Assembly: GCF_037042905.1 (NCBI RefSeq) | Contig: NC_087251.1 | Coordinates: 28,336,001 to 28,400,000, forward strand | Length of the DNA: 64,000 nucleotides | Source: Lytechinus pictus | Taxonomy: Eukaryota | Reading direction: 5' to 3' | In this document: positions 1 to 13,100 of the stretch, piece by piece | Position numbering within the stretch: position 1 is the stretch's first letter | Layout of the letters: every line of letters starts with the position of its first letter | Notes under the pieces: model-generated | What the model was told of the DNA's origin: nothing | Seen by the model: the letters and a program-made list of their open reading frames with translations, nothing else | Databases searched by the model: none | Program-made: the position numbers and the translations under genes

Positions 1-1055
1 ACAAATTTCATCTCGCGCTAAGGAATAATAGGAAGATAGTCATAATTTTCATAAATGATGACAAAATGTCCTTAGAATGTCCCGGTCCTAGGTCAAAATA
101 ATAATTAAAAAATAAAGCTAGCGTTTCTCGCTCGCATCATTTAGTATGATCCACATCCACTTCACTATTTTCCTATACACATTGCTTGAAATATTGCTTA
201 AATTGGCCCTTTTTTTCAGATCGGAATATAATTTTTTCAGCTCGCGCTTCGAGCTGATATTATATAGATCTTCATGAGTAAAAAATGTATACAGAATATC
301 CAGATTCTAGGTCTAAATCTAAAACAGGCGCTCGCATGTTTATTGATATAGGTCGCTTGTTCTTTATTTAAAACGTGCACAAATTATCCAGTTTCAGATC
401 AAAATATCAATAATTTTCTGCTCGCGCTTCACACTCGCAATATTAATGTAAGAATATACCCAATTACCCTTCTTTTCCTTGATTTACAAATCATGAGTGT
501 CCCGTTATTAGGTCTAAAATCTAGATTTTCTTCCGCTCGCGCTTCGCGCTCGCATCAGTTGTTTACATACTGATCCCTTTCATGATTACGAAAAGTGCTT
601 AGAATTAATTTTTTTCAGGTCGGAATGCCAGAAATTTTCAGCTCACGCTTCGCGCTCGTATTATTTAATTGTTTAAAGATGTACGATCTTCATGGGTAGT
701 GCAAACAGTCCTCAACAGGTCCCTTTTCGATCAGGCCAGAATGTTTATTAAAAATTTCTGCTGGCGCTTGCGGTAATTATATAGTTACATACGCATCTCG
801 TTCAGGATTACAAACATTGCCCATATTGTTGAATTTTCAGGACAAAATGCATGAAAGTTAGACGAAAAAAATTAACTCGCGCTTCGCACTCGCACTTTTT
901 ATATGGGACTTATAAGAGATCATTTCATATTTTTGTTGTTTTTTAAGAATAAAGCTGAGAAGTGACTGTGAGGACTATCCCTTCAAACAAAGAAAAATCA
1001 ACTTGAGCGGCCGATCGGCCCCACCCCCTATTGGCGAAAGCTGGATCCGCCCCTG
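1..1055. mobile_element. Right part of a hAT-like non-autonomous element with degenerate internal repeats (CTCGCGCTTCGCGCTCGC core)
   Basis: CGCGCTTCGCGCTCG-like motif recurs about every 60-120 bp; ends in GGATCCGCCCCTG (1043-1055), the same terminus as TSD-flanked copies elsewhere (e.g. 22081). Left end lies outside the window. Confidence 0.6.
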
Positions 1056-1836
1056 TGACACATGCACACACAGAAAAAATTGTCTCCCATTAAAAGGCAA
1101 AGACCCCCAGTGCTCCCAGGGATAAAATCCTAGCTACGCCACTGGCTATGGGAAACATAATCAGCCTGGATTAGCTCTATCGAGAAAAAAAAATCTAAAA
1201 GAAGACCATGGGTTTGTAGATCGGTAGTGCAGTCTTCGATAAATAAAAACGAATCATTAGTTTATAGTTCATTCCTTTATGAATTTTAGTTTTATCACAC
1301 ATTAGAAAATCGCAACTTGATTTTTTTTAAATAGTATAATGTAACATAATAGTGCCGTCACTTATCAACAGAAATACGTTTGGTCAATTTTCATTTTCAT
1401 TTGTTCTGAATCGCGCCCCCACGCTTTGAAAAAAAAAGAACACCCTCAGATTATTCTTTAAAATAACCATGTCAATACCTTCGTTTCATTTAATTGCTCC
1501 ACTTGATAAACTCCACAATAATATTTGATCTAGGGAAAATTCAATTCAACATTTATTTTCTTCCAATGGACATTACACAGGTTACATCCAATTTTATATA
1601 ACAATGAATGTAAATGCAATACATAGGAGAAGGCGTAAAAGCCCAGAAAGCAGCAGGCGGTGCTTGTGTTGGGATACGCCTACATAAGAGTATACAACTT
1701 AACAACAAATACCAAAAGAAAAGAAAAGAAAAGGCTAAGGAAAGGTAAAGAAAGAGAGGAGAAGAAATTAGAGGGGGAGAGAAAGTAGACATGGTAGAAT
1801 AAGAAAAGCGGGCATGTCTTCCATCGCATGATACAT

Positions 1837-2172
1837 GACCCGTTCCAGAAAAAACTCTGTTAACTAGCTACCAGCTTACATTGGCTGCGGAGCTCTGTTA
1901 CCATAGTATTAAGTTGCCATATAGGGGCCGCGGAACCGGACCGGGGAACGGTTTTGAAAGTGGGGGAGGGGGGCTGAGCCGAAAGTGGAGCCGGGCTGAC
2001 CGTGCAAAAAATACAATCAAACGGTCATTTTTCTTTACGTTTTGGTACACGGATTTTTTTTTTAAATGGGGAGGGTTGAAGCCCTTCCCCCAGCCCCCCC
2101 CCCCCCCCGCCTCGGTTCCGCGGCCCCTGCATAATAATGACAAACCATCGTAATAACCCTTTATGAAACGGA
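1837..2172. mobile_element. Degenerate MITE (related to 24135-24280) interrupted by a GC-rich MITE at 1922-2129
   Basis: Inner element has TIRs AGGGGCCGCGGAACC / GGTTCCGCGGCCCCTG; outer ends GACCCGTTCCAGAAA / TTTATGAAACGGAT. Confidence 0.5.
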
Positions 2173-2572
2173 TCGACCCATGAACTCCCCCTCCGTATCC
2201 ACAGTGAGCTGGGGTGCCGGTGTCGTGTGTAGTATTATTGAGTTTAAAACATACATGAATGGATTAATCATTAACAGAGATGTTCTTCTGTGGGGGTCAT
2301 TGTTTACCTAAACTGTCGAAGAAAAAATGTGAATGTTTGAATTAATGGGGATTTGTTCTCAAGTTTTACTATAATTGGGTCTAGGTCAACACTGTCCGAG
2401 AGGGTACAACATTTTATTGGCGGGGGGTGGGGGTCAACCCTACAGTCGCTCTATATGGTTATGTTTGTTTGTTTTCGTGGAGCACACGGACTTTTTTCTT
2501 GCGAAAATAAAGTGGTGAACATGCGGGGGCGGCAATATCAAATGATATCTTTAATAATATGCCTGCATATAA

Positions 2573-2807
2573 AGGCCTGGTCCCACTGGCCGACGGACAC
2601 AAAAACATATTCTTAACGGATAAGGCGGAAAAGCAAAATTTTTGGGCTCCATCCGTTTACATCCGCTTTGACAGGCAATGTACAAAGAGGATTTGAAAGA
2701 CGTATGCGAAGAGTACGCAACGGATACATAACGTTTTCCAACCGATGGCAAGATTGTCTTCCGTTTTACATCCTCTCTGCATCCGTAAGTGCAGTGGGAC
2801 CAAGCCT
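2573..2807. mobile_element. MITE, PIF/Harbinger-like
   Basis: TIRs AGGCCTGGTCCCACTG / CAGTGGGACCAAGCCT flanked by TAA and TTA. Confidence 0.65.
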
Positions 2808-5800
2808 TTAGCATGTTAAGTGAGGAGGCGAAACGATTGTGCTGAAAATGAGGACATTAATTTGAATTTCATTTAATGATCTGGTGCGCTCTTTTGGTAG
2901 AATTTTGTGGCATTTGCCATTGAAGAATAGGCTTTGAAAATCTTGGAGAGGGGCAAGAGTCCCTCACCCCACCCCCCCCCCTTCATACGACAATGTTAAC
3001 GAAATCCACCTGAATTATGCGTCGAAGAATCACCAAACTGAAAAGCAGATTATGCAATGTATACTTGTATAGTTTAAGTGTTTGTGGGATGCAAAAATCA
3101 TTCGCAAGATTTTTTTTTCAGTTTTAAATGCTGAGCTAAAGATACAGCCTTTAAAACCTGCGCATTTTTGGGGGGTGCGAACTTTAGAGATCATTTAGTT
3201 TTATTTTTCAATACCAACATCTTTCGGAACGCTTCTATGCCGAACACACCTTTCCCGTGAGGAAGTGCACATTTTTGCTGCAAATCAACAAAAATGTACA
3301 AGATAGTTTGTCGATTCCACCATTAAATATTTGATCTTTTGAAACTGACTCGAGAGTTAGATTTCTTGATTTAGATTTCAATATTCTTTGACAATACCTG
3401 TATAAGAGATTTCTATGTCTCGATTGAATCAAGGTCAAGTTGTGCCAGCCCCCCCCCCCCCAAAAAAAAAAAAAAAAAATCCTTCCCCATCAAAATTATC
3501 GAAAATGTTATTTAAACCATTGTCTGTTGATATTGTTTGCTTGAAAAAAAATAATGAAATACTCTTAACATCCCTAAATGACCGTCATGACAATAAGCGT
3601 CTATAATATGCTATCTGGCCACCCCCTTTTTTTTAAACCAAAATCCCCTTTTTACTTCAGTTAAAGGCCAAGTCCATCTCAACAAATAAGATGAGTTGAA
3701 TAAAGTTTTGCTGAACCAAAATGCCAACCCCCTGGAAAATTCTGGATAATTTGAAATCAGATAATCAAATACATATACTGCCAATATCTTTTCAAGTTTT
3801 AGCATAAAAGGGTATTTCTTGGGCAACTTCCCTACATCCTCCCCCCCCCCTCCTCCCATCTGTGTACTGCCTGTAACAAAGTTTATCAAATTTCATCTTA
3901 CTCTATGATACCACTCGTATCGAAAGATTGAATTGCCCATTATCAAATATGAAATCTTATATTTGATTTTCACAGAGTCTTTGAATAACACCCCCTCGAG
4001 ATAAGTGTGAAGTCGAGATTGTTTGCTTTGAAACCTGGATTAGTCGTCTGACTCAGAGAAGAAATGACTCATACCCAGTGGCGTAACAGGCGGGGGGCAG
4101 GGGGGCAAGCTGCCACCCTGGCGGATTTCACCGGGAAAATAAAGAAAACCGGGAAAAAGAGAAAAAGGAAGGAGAAAGAAAGGGGAAAAAGAATGGAAGA
4201 AAGGAAAGGGAAAAGGGAAAAGAAAACGAAGAAATTTTTTTTAATGGAAAAGGAACGAAAGCGGGGAAAGGAACGAAAGAAAGAACAAATCATTCCGAAA
4301 TAGGCCTATGTAATGCAATAGCATGATTGGAAATAAATTAAAAGATGACAAAGTGGCAAACAATAGCGGGAAGCGAAGGTAGAATGGAATTGGACAAGCT
4401 AAATTGGAAAACAAAGAAAAGGGACAAGAAAAAAAATCTTAATAACACAACCGGGCTGCCGAGGATTGAAAATTTAAAAAAAAACGGGAAGAAAGATGAA
4501 CAGCATATACAACATTGTGCTATAAGCTTGCTAAATTTTATGCAAATAAGCTACCGGGGATTTGTCCCAGACCCCACGCAATAGGGGCTCTTTATCTATA
4601 ACCTTCAAATGGCTCTATAACACCCCCACCCCTGTAGGGACCCTTCCTACATTAAGCTTTACGTTCAATCACTGGCGTACAGGCGGGGGTGTCTTGGTTC
4701 CACATCCAAGAGGAAATAAAAGAAAATTATAGGAGACAACGTATAATGAAATGAATGGAAACAATAAAATGTATTATTTGCTGAATATAATGGAAAAAAC
4801 TATCACATAATTATAATTCAATTTCATTAGGCAATTTTATTTTAAGCTCGCTTTGCTCGCTGGAGACTTCTTTTACAAATTTTCCCACATTGTTATGTTT
4901 TACCCCCCAACTTTGGTTCATTACGCATCTGGGTTGAATAAAATAAGATTTGATTAAAAATAGCGGCAATCTGCGAGGTTTAAGTGGCTTTGATAGCAGA
5001 AGTTCCGGGGGCTCCGCCCCAGACCCCAACCGCATAGCACTGCCGTATATGAGTTTGGAAGGTTTTGGCCATGGTCCCCAAAAGTTCCACAAACAAGAAC
5101 AAAAAAAGGAGGAAAGAAAGCAAAGGAAAAGTGTAGGATATGATTTTATTTACTGAATATAATGTAAAGTTAGATTCTCATGAAGAGGTGATTTTTTTTC
5201 TCGCTCGCTTCGCTCGCTCGGGACTTATATTAAGCAGCTTTTTAGCACATACACCATACTGCGCCCCTTGTTTTTTTGTTATTTTTGTACTCTTCACGCT
5301 ACTGTCCAAAGAATCCTGTTCACAGTGGCGTACAGACCACAAAAAAGGAATATATTATTTTCTGGATATCATGTCAAAGTCTATCACAAAATTGGATTTT
5401 TGTATTAAAAATGTCAAAATTTTTGGTCGCTCGCTCGCAACTTTAAAAAAAAAAGATAAATTCTGCCCGATACGCAATATCTAACCCTCTCAAAATCGTC
5501 TCCTCATTACACCATTACGCCTGTTCATACCATGAAATGACCGGAAAATTTTTGGCTCTTGCTCCCCCCTGGCCATAGTCTAGTTCTAGACGATATTAAA
5601 CGAATTTGTTTTCACCGATATATACGTTCTATTCCGTGCGTACGCCCCGCCGAGTGTGCGCGCAAAACCGAGAACCTGTACTCCGAGAAAAATATCGTCT
5701 AGAACAGTTGCTCAGCGGTGACGTCACTCCCTCAGATTTTTGAGGGAAAGTCGTTAAAAGTGGACACGCCTCCCGTTCAGCCGCTAGTCTTTGTTAACAG

Positions 5801-6685
5801 CAGGGAAGATTACTGGGTTGAGAAATATGGTGTGATCTACCGATAAAATGAATATTAATTACCTAAGAAAGGACTTTTTGTTGTAAATAATTTATAAAAG
5901 AAATCAAATTAAACACACAAAAACATCATAAATGAATCGGATCGTGTATGTTTCCCCTGATACCTACAATAAGGTTTTTGAGCGTAGACTATCGTATATA
6001 GATTACATATACAATACACACACACACATAATCAATCGGATCGCACAAAGCAGCACAACATTAGCCATAGACTTGTGTACTGTACCGTCTGCCGTGATGT
6101 TGTATCAGGGAGACTCCCAACTCCCTGGTTGTATTGTGTACTGTAGGCCTATACATAATTATACAGCGCGCGGTTTCCAAATTCAGTTTCTTGCGTGTTT
6201 ACCAAATCAGACAAGTCTTGATCACTTATATCTTCGTTTTTTTCATATATGGTGTGATGGCGACGGGTAATTAACGTCATTCTATCAGAGATTCCATCCT
6301 GCATATGTCCAAACAGTTGGGAACAACGACTTTGAAGATCCAACAGAACAAAGCTCTCGAAAGTTTCCTCCGAGGCCACGATGTCTTCTTGAATATACCT
6401 ACTGGGTATATATGGAAAGAGGGTAGCAACTTTATATCCTTCAAAATTGACACTCCCCTTGATTTGGGTTAATTATGTAATTTCTTCATGATGCCAGTTT
6501 AATTGAAGTCACATGGCCCCAAGTTTCCTAAATGGAGTCACTTAAAAAGCAAGAAATTCTATATTTCCACATGTAAAATGACAATGACAATTTTACACAT
6601 TTCCTCATAAACTTGTTCCACAGAATTGCTTCTTTTGTTCGCATGACAATAATATATAGCAGGAAAATAATGTCAAAGTCATTAA

Positions 6686-7272
6686 AGGTCAAGTCCACCC
6701 CAGAAAAAATGATTTGAATAAATAGAGACAAATCAAACATGAATAATGGTGAAAATTTCATCAAAACCGGATGTAAAATAAGAGAGTTATGACATTTTAA
6801 AATTTGGCTTATTTTTCACAAAACAGTTCTATACTCAACTCGGTGATATGCAAATGAGAGAGACGATGATGTCACTCACTCACTATTTCTTTTGTTTTTG
6901 TTTGAATAATACAATATTTCAATTTTTACGAATTCGATAATATTAGTGCCCCTTTGCTCGAACCACAAAATGTTAGAATAATGGAATTACATGTGTTCAG
7001 GGAGGAATGAAACTTTTTTAACAGACAATGACGAGAAAATCAAAATATTTCATAAAATAAAATACAAAAGAAATAGTAAGTGAATGATGTCATCGGTCCC
7101 CTCATTTGCATGCTGACTAAGATGTGCATATAACTGTTTTGAAAAATTAAGCGAAACTTGAAATTGTTATAACTTTCTTATTTTACATCCAATTTTGATG
7201 AAATTTTCAGAGTTATGTTTGTTTGATTTTTCTTTATCTATTCAAGTCAGTTTGTTGGGGTGGACTTGTCCT
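6686..7272. mobile_element. TTAA-targeting MITE (Kolobok-like)
   Basis: TIRs AGGTCAAGTCCACCCC / GGGGTGGACTTGTCCT; TTAA on both sides (6682-6685, 7273-7276); truncated relative at ~25725-25830. Confidence 0.85.
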
Positions 7273-7496
7273 TTAACTGGCAAGTTTGATCTGAAATGTA
7301 CTGTTCTTTCATAATATGGCTGACCAAACAATAATTGGAATTTGCAGTAGAACAAGAATACAGTAATTGTCTCCCTTTTGCATTTATTGAAGTTGACTGA
7401 GTAAACTCTCTCTGGAACAAAAAAATCCTAAAGAACCATGACCAAAACAAAACTCACAAGTCGGTCATATTTGTACGTACAGTATAGCACTTTAAA

Positions 7497-8353
7497 CAGT
7501 GGCGTACCTGGAATTTTCCACAGGGGGGGGGGGGGGCAAAACCGTCCGCCAAAAAAATTGACAAGCAAAAAAAAAAGTCTTCAATCACAAATAAAGGACT
7601 TCGTACCTGGAAAAAAAATTGACAAGCAAAACAAAAAAAAGGTCTTCAAGCTCGTCAGGGGGCAAAAAAGGCTTTTTTTTTCAAGCTCGTCAGGGGGCCA
7701 AGATAGTCCTTCGCCCCACCAATAGAAATAATTGGGGGGGGGGGGCAAACATATCGTTTTGCCCCCCCCCCTCCAATAATTCCGCATGTACAAAAATAAA
7801 ATAAGATGGTAATGTTACACAGAAATCAGCAAGCGATATTGAGCTACACGACTCGTTCTTTGTTTAAAATCGTGCTCAAATTGTCCGCTTTTCAGATTGG
7901 AATACAAAAATTTTCAGCACGCGCTTCGCGCTCGCACCATTTCTGTAGCAAAACCCCATACTTTTCATGATTAAATAGGTGAATAGAATGTCCCGTTCTC
8001 AGTTCTAAACCTCAAAAGAAGTCCCGCTTCGATTTGCAATAATCTTTTGTTGGATATAATCTTGTTCTTTATTAAAAACGTCCATTAAACTGTCATTTTT
8101 TTTTCAGATCGAAATTTTAAGCTCGCGCTTTGCGCTCGCATGTTTTGTCTTTTTTAGATACCCATCTTAATCATAGGTACCAAAATGCAGAGGATATCAA
8201 GCTTTCTGGTCAGAATATAAAGAAATTTCAGCTCGCCCTCGGCACTCGCATTATCTGTGTAGTGAGATATGTATTCTCCTCATGAGTTACTACAAACAGT
8301 CTTTAAAAGGCACCTTTTTCCTATTTTCAGGTCAGTTTACTAAAAAATTTCAG

Positions 8354-8389
<36 letters not shown>

Positions 8390-8494
8390 GAGTGTGTGTG
8401 AGTTTGTTTGTTTTGTGTGATCGAGCGCCGTTGGAAAGTTGATTTATGATTTTGCCCCCCCCCCCCAATGTGAAAAAAAGGATCGACGCCCCTG
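7497..8494. mobile_element. Composite hAT-like MITE fragments with CGCGCTTCGCGCTCG repeats and a (TA)n tract
   Basis: Starts CAGTGGCGTACC, ends GATCGACGCCCCTG; no matching TSD; (TA)n at ~8355-8388. Confidence 0.5.
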
Positions 8495-9344
8495 TGTATA
8501 TATAGTAAAAAAAATTGCATCTCAATTAATATACACAAGTATTGGCCTCATCGCAATAAAAGGGTTGGGACACGAGATTTTGAAATCGCACATAACATGC
8601 ATAATTTGTGTTACTTTTTGCTTGTTTCTTTCTTTAATAAGTTTTTCAATCTCTCTCTATATATGTCTAAGAAAGATTATATGTCTAAATTCATGTATAT
8701 TTTATGTTGTAATGATATATGTTTAAGTGGATTTCAGGGAATGGTCGTACGCAGCAAGGGGGAAGGGGGGGGGGGGCAAATTCCCGATCAGTTGTTGTGA
8801 AAACACATTTTTTCCCTTAACATTTCATGAAAACTATGAAAAATGTGCAAATGTGAGATGTGTACCAAATACTTTTATTACACTTTATAAAAAAAATAAT
8901 CGCCGCATGAGCAGCTCGGTCCGTTTACTCTATCGTTTTTATTTTTATTTTTCAAAAATATGTTCGAGTTTTGCCCCCCCCCCCCCCCGGAAATATTATC
9001 TGCGTGTGGTCATGCAAAATGGCATGACTGGAAATCCTACATTTTGAAAAGAGCATTTGACAGGGTCAGACTTTACCCCTTTTTCAACATTTTCTTTTAT
9101 GGTGCAAAAATATGTGCGCCGCTCGGCGGTGCCCCCCCCCCCCCCTTTCGCCAAAAGCTGGATCCGCCTATGCAAACTAAATGTAAAAGTTACACTGCAA
9201 ACGAATAGTTACTAGCGATTTAATTAACTGGCAAGGTACATGTAGATCTGAACATAACGCTCTTTCATAATGGCTGCAAAAAATATATTTCATAAATACT
9301 GTACTTCAAAGGTAATGAGAAAATGTGCCTTCAAGTTTATTTAT

Positions 9345-10166
9345 AGATCCAGACCGGACCCGAAATGAAATTGATAAATTATATACCAATCGAAAGCTTA
9401 TAAGCTACTAAATACAGCAAGGTATGCTATATTAATTTTCACCGCTTCCCAGCTGAGTAATTTGCTTAAGAATATTCCAATTATCGGCCTTCGAACCCCG
9501 CTTAGAAAATAGGCTTTATTGTGCTTTTCACCTGCCTCGAGACCGTGACGTCACGTTGTGTAAGAAGCGTTGTGATTCCATAGGTTTGTACACAGAAAAA
9601 CAGGGTGATTTTTTTGCTTTCCAGATAACGCATTTCATTCTCTTCACTTCTATCACAGAGGGATATCACATATATTTTTACCCACAAGCTTGAAATTATG
9701 AAATCTACAGTTTTGAACTAGTTTTTGCCATATTTATTTCCTGCTTACTTGGCGCAAATTTCAATTCTATCTGCATTTAGATTATGTATAATAACTTTTC
9801 CTGACATAGCAATTTAGGCCCAATAAGAGCCAAAAAAAGAAATCACAAAAAAGGTAGTGAATAGTTGTAGGTTTACAACAATTTGAACAGTGAATAATTT
9901 TGAGTGCCATTTTCATCTGAAAACGAAAAAAAAATGGATTCATAACATGGAAATGGAAGAAAATACCCAATGCTTTTGTACACAAACCTACAGAATCACA
10001 ACCCTCCTGACCACGTGACGTCATCATTTCCAGGCGACATGGGGGTGCTCAATCGAAGCGTACTTTGGAGGAGTAGTTTCTTTGATTTTTGTTTAATATT
10101 TTTAACTATTGGAAGAATCATTACCTTTATTTTAATATATGATTGTTTTTACACCGGTCAGGGTCT
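9345..10166. mobile_element. Kolobok-like non-autonomous element, inverted copy of 31889-32753
   Basis: TIRs AGATCCAGACCGG / CCGGTCAGGGTCT; 4-bp TSD TTAT (9341-9344, 10167-10170); high identity to the reverse complement of 31889-32753. Confidence 0.9.
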
Positions 10167-13100
10167 TTATCGAAGAGGCTTCGTGTACATCATTGGCAAT
10201 ATCATTTCCTGGCTACCTGCATGTAGCTAGATAATAATGTAGCTGAACAACAAAAAATAATTGTACGCATTATCTATATGTCCATGTAAAGTAAATAAAT
10301 AAACTAAAAGTTCCAAGGACAATTGCAAAGATTTTCTTCCAAAATCTGATGCACGCATCAAAATCCGCATTTGTGAGATTAATCTACTTTTAAAAATCAA
10401 TAATGATTTTTATTCTGTTTTCCTTATCCCTTTCACAGCTCTGTACTAATCTGTACAAAGTACATGTACTTCTCAACCCTTTTTGTCATACTCTCTGCCC
10501 ATGGGTGTCGATCGGTATTCTTGGTTGGGGGGGGGGGTGATTGACACAAATGTTCTTGTGGATGGGGATCTTTCAACATTACCCCCACTAAAATCACAAG
10601 TTAGGACATTTGAGAGTGGTTGATATGCATGGTGTTCTTGGAAATTGCTTAATTGTTGCAGTGTACTTTACTTATATAATTTTTTTTTTAATTCAATTTG
10701 TGTTACAAGTAAGCTTATTATAAACCCATACGAAAGAAAAATGACAAAAAATGTCTGGACCATGTACAAAGTGATATGTTTATTGAGCATAATGTATACA
10801 ACTTCTCTCTTAAATCTAACCCGACTGGCAATATCTTTTTTCTTCTTAATGCATGATGATAAAATGCACATTCGGACAAAAAATATAAGATTAGCACAAA
10901 TTACAAACTGTGTGGCTTCTCGTGTGCCATCGGGCTTACCGTCATTCCTTAGACGATTTTAACCCTGGATTTTAACATGTTTTAAATACTTTATAAGTGC
11001 ATGAAACAAAAACAAACATTAAAACAATCAAAACTCAACTGTCATGTCATGATATTTCTCCAACATTTTCTTGAACCATCAGCATGATCAGTGTGTAATA
11101 TCAGCTAATATACATTATGTGTTACAATGAAATTTACGTACCGCATGAGTGTGCTCATATAGAATGTAAAACTGCCATCCTTTTCCAAACTCAAAAGATA
11201 TTTCTTTTTGCCAAAATAAGAAAAAAATAATCAAGTTTAGTTATTCAAGTCCATAACAATAACAAGAATAACATGAAAAAAAAACATCCGATGTTCATAT
11301 CCTCATATCCGCTTTAGAGAGAATGAATGATTATTCTTTCTGAAACCATCAATTGATTTCACTTATTAAAACATTTGTAAAAATATGATCATATTATATT
11401 GAGCTCACTGAACCTCAATATTTTCATGAGAGGTATCTGATGGGGTCACATGATAAAATGTTTTAATATCAATTACATCCAACCGCATACAACAAAGGCA
11501 CCATATATAAGCTACTGATCACCAAACGACTATATATTATGACTTTTTTAAAGTGAAATTTTTGCATTTGATGTGGGCTCACTCTTTCATGACTATAGGC
11601 ACCTCATTTCCACATAGATAGATAATGAGGACATCGATGCTCTCCTGCAAAATATTATTGACCAAAAGTTATCGTTCAAGCATGGACCTACTAGGTCCAT
11701 GGTTCAAGTCAAGGTATTTGGATATACAAGTAGGGGTGACTTTCGTTTTGTGCACATCTTGCTTTTGGTATATTTTCTTGTTCAAAGGTTTACTGAATGC
11801 CGAACTTAATATATAACTAACATGACATACATCGGTAAAGTGTGTATAACCAGGCAAATAAATGAAGTGATAAGCCTATACTCTATAGAAACGCAAAGGT
11901 ATTTTTCTTTTTCTCTGAATTTTCTGGGAATGAATAAGAAAAAGGGTGAAATAGAACAACATCTATTTCAGGTAGTCTCAATAATGTCCGAAAATCTTTC
12001 GCCTCATGTCAGACCTCATTGCAAATAACTTTTTATGAGCGGCGATCCCTGGCGATTTACTTATTTTACATAACAAAAAGGAAGTGATATTCAAAAGGGT
12101 TGTAGATTAAATGGAACAAACATCATGCACTTGGATGTGGGAGGGGTAAATCTGAGAAAAGTTATTTGTACTTTTTCAAAATTTACCCCTCTGGGATTTA
12201 CGTCCATGGGGTTTTCCCTGTTTATCTTGCCACCCTTTTACTCCCGTTTATTTTTCCACCCGTTTATTTTTCCACCCTTTTGAATTAATTGATTTATTAA
12301 AATGTATTTATTCACCACTACCTGGTGGGATAGAACACCCTATCAACAAAAGTTGTTTTTAGTTCGTCGGGGTCCTTTTATGTCATGTGTTAAAACTTAC
12401 ATAAACATTTAATTTTTTGTCATCTTGAACCTCCACCCATCTGTTTTAAAGTCCTGGAAAATAATGTTTTTATTTAATAACAATATACACACATTGCGAC
12501 GGAAACAAACTGATTGATGGCATACTATAATCATCACTATAATTATCATGATCATACTTTTTCATTTTTCATCATCATTATTATAATTTTTCTACCCTAA
12601 ATTATTGGGGGGGGATGATAATACAGGCCATCCCCCACTTGAAATATTAGGGGGGGATATATCCCCCCATCCCCCCCCCCCCCCCCGTGATCGACACCCA
12701 TGTCTTTGACAGTGAAATATGTGAAGAAGACTTTGAAAATGATATATTTACAAGTGCCCACAGTAAAATGTACCGTGATGTGATCCATTCACAAGAATGA
12801 GAGTTTAATTACATGTATGAGTCTGAATTTTCAATACCCATACTAAGACAAAATGCCTTTATGTAATTACATGTGTAGATGAAGAAGAATATAAAATATA
12901 TCATTCAAACATGTACATTAATTATTCCATCTGAGTAAAGTGGAAAAACTATAGTCTGTATTGTTTTGAAGTTTGAAATTTGGTACATTAGCACCTTCTT
13001 TCATATATCATGATGGTAACATCATACCCACAGATTTAACCAAGATATGCACATAGAGTGAAATAACTATTATGCATGTAACAGTAATTTCCCAACAATG

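Larger units (their letters stand above)
6149..12010 (-). pseudogene. Decayed RecQ-type (SF2) helicase remnants of the AcademH-like element
   Basis: Minus-strand pieces, with frameshifts, in the expected order: MRRKIF..LLRLPEIDVV.ISP (~12007-11955); RLVIS..AF..MRLDVIDIKTFYHVTPSDT..E (11528-11412, cf. RecQ motif V RVLVATxAFGMGIDxPDVRxVIH); after acceptor TTCCAG at 7412, REFTQSTSI..LLYS..MKEQYISDQTC (cf. RDGxQSxAILLY..MKxY..TCRR); possible terminal exon ~6399-6149. Confidence 0.6.

Noticed and set aside
4064..4584. Lys/Arg/Glu-rich ORFs (similar cases at 15903 and 21266)
   Set aside because: Translations of purine-rich low-complexity tracts, here inside a transposon.
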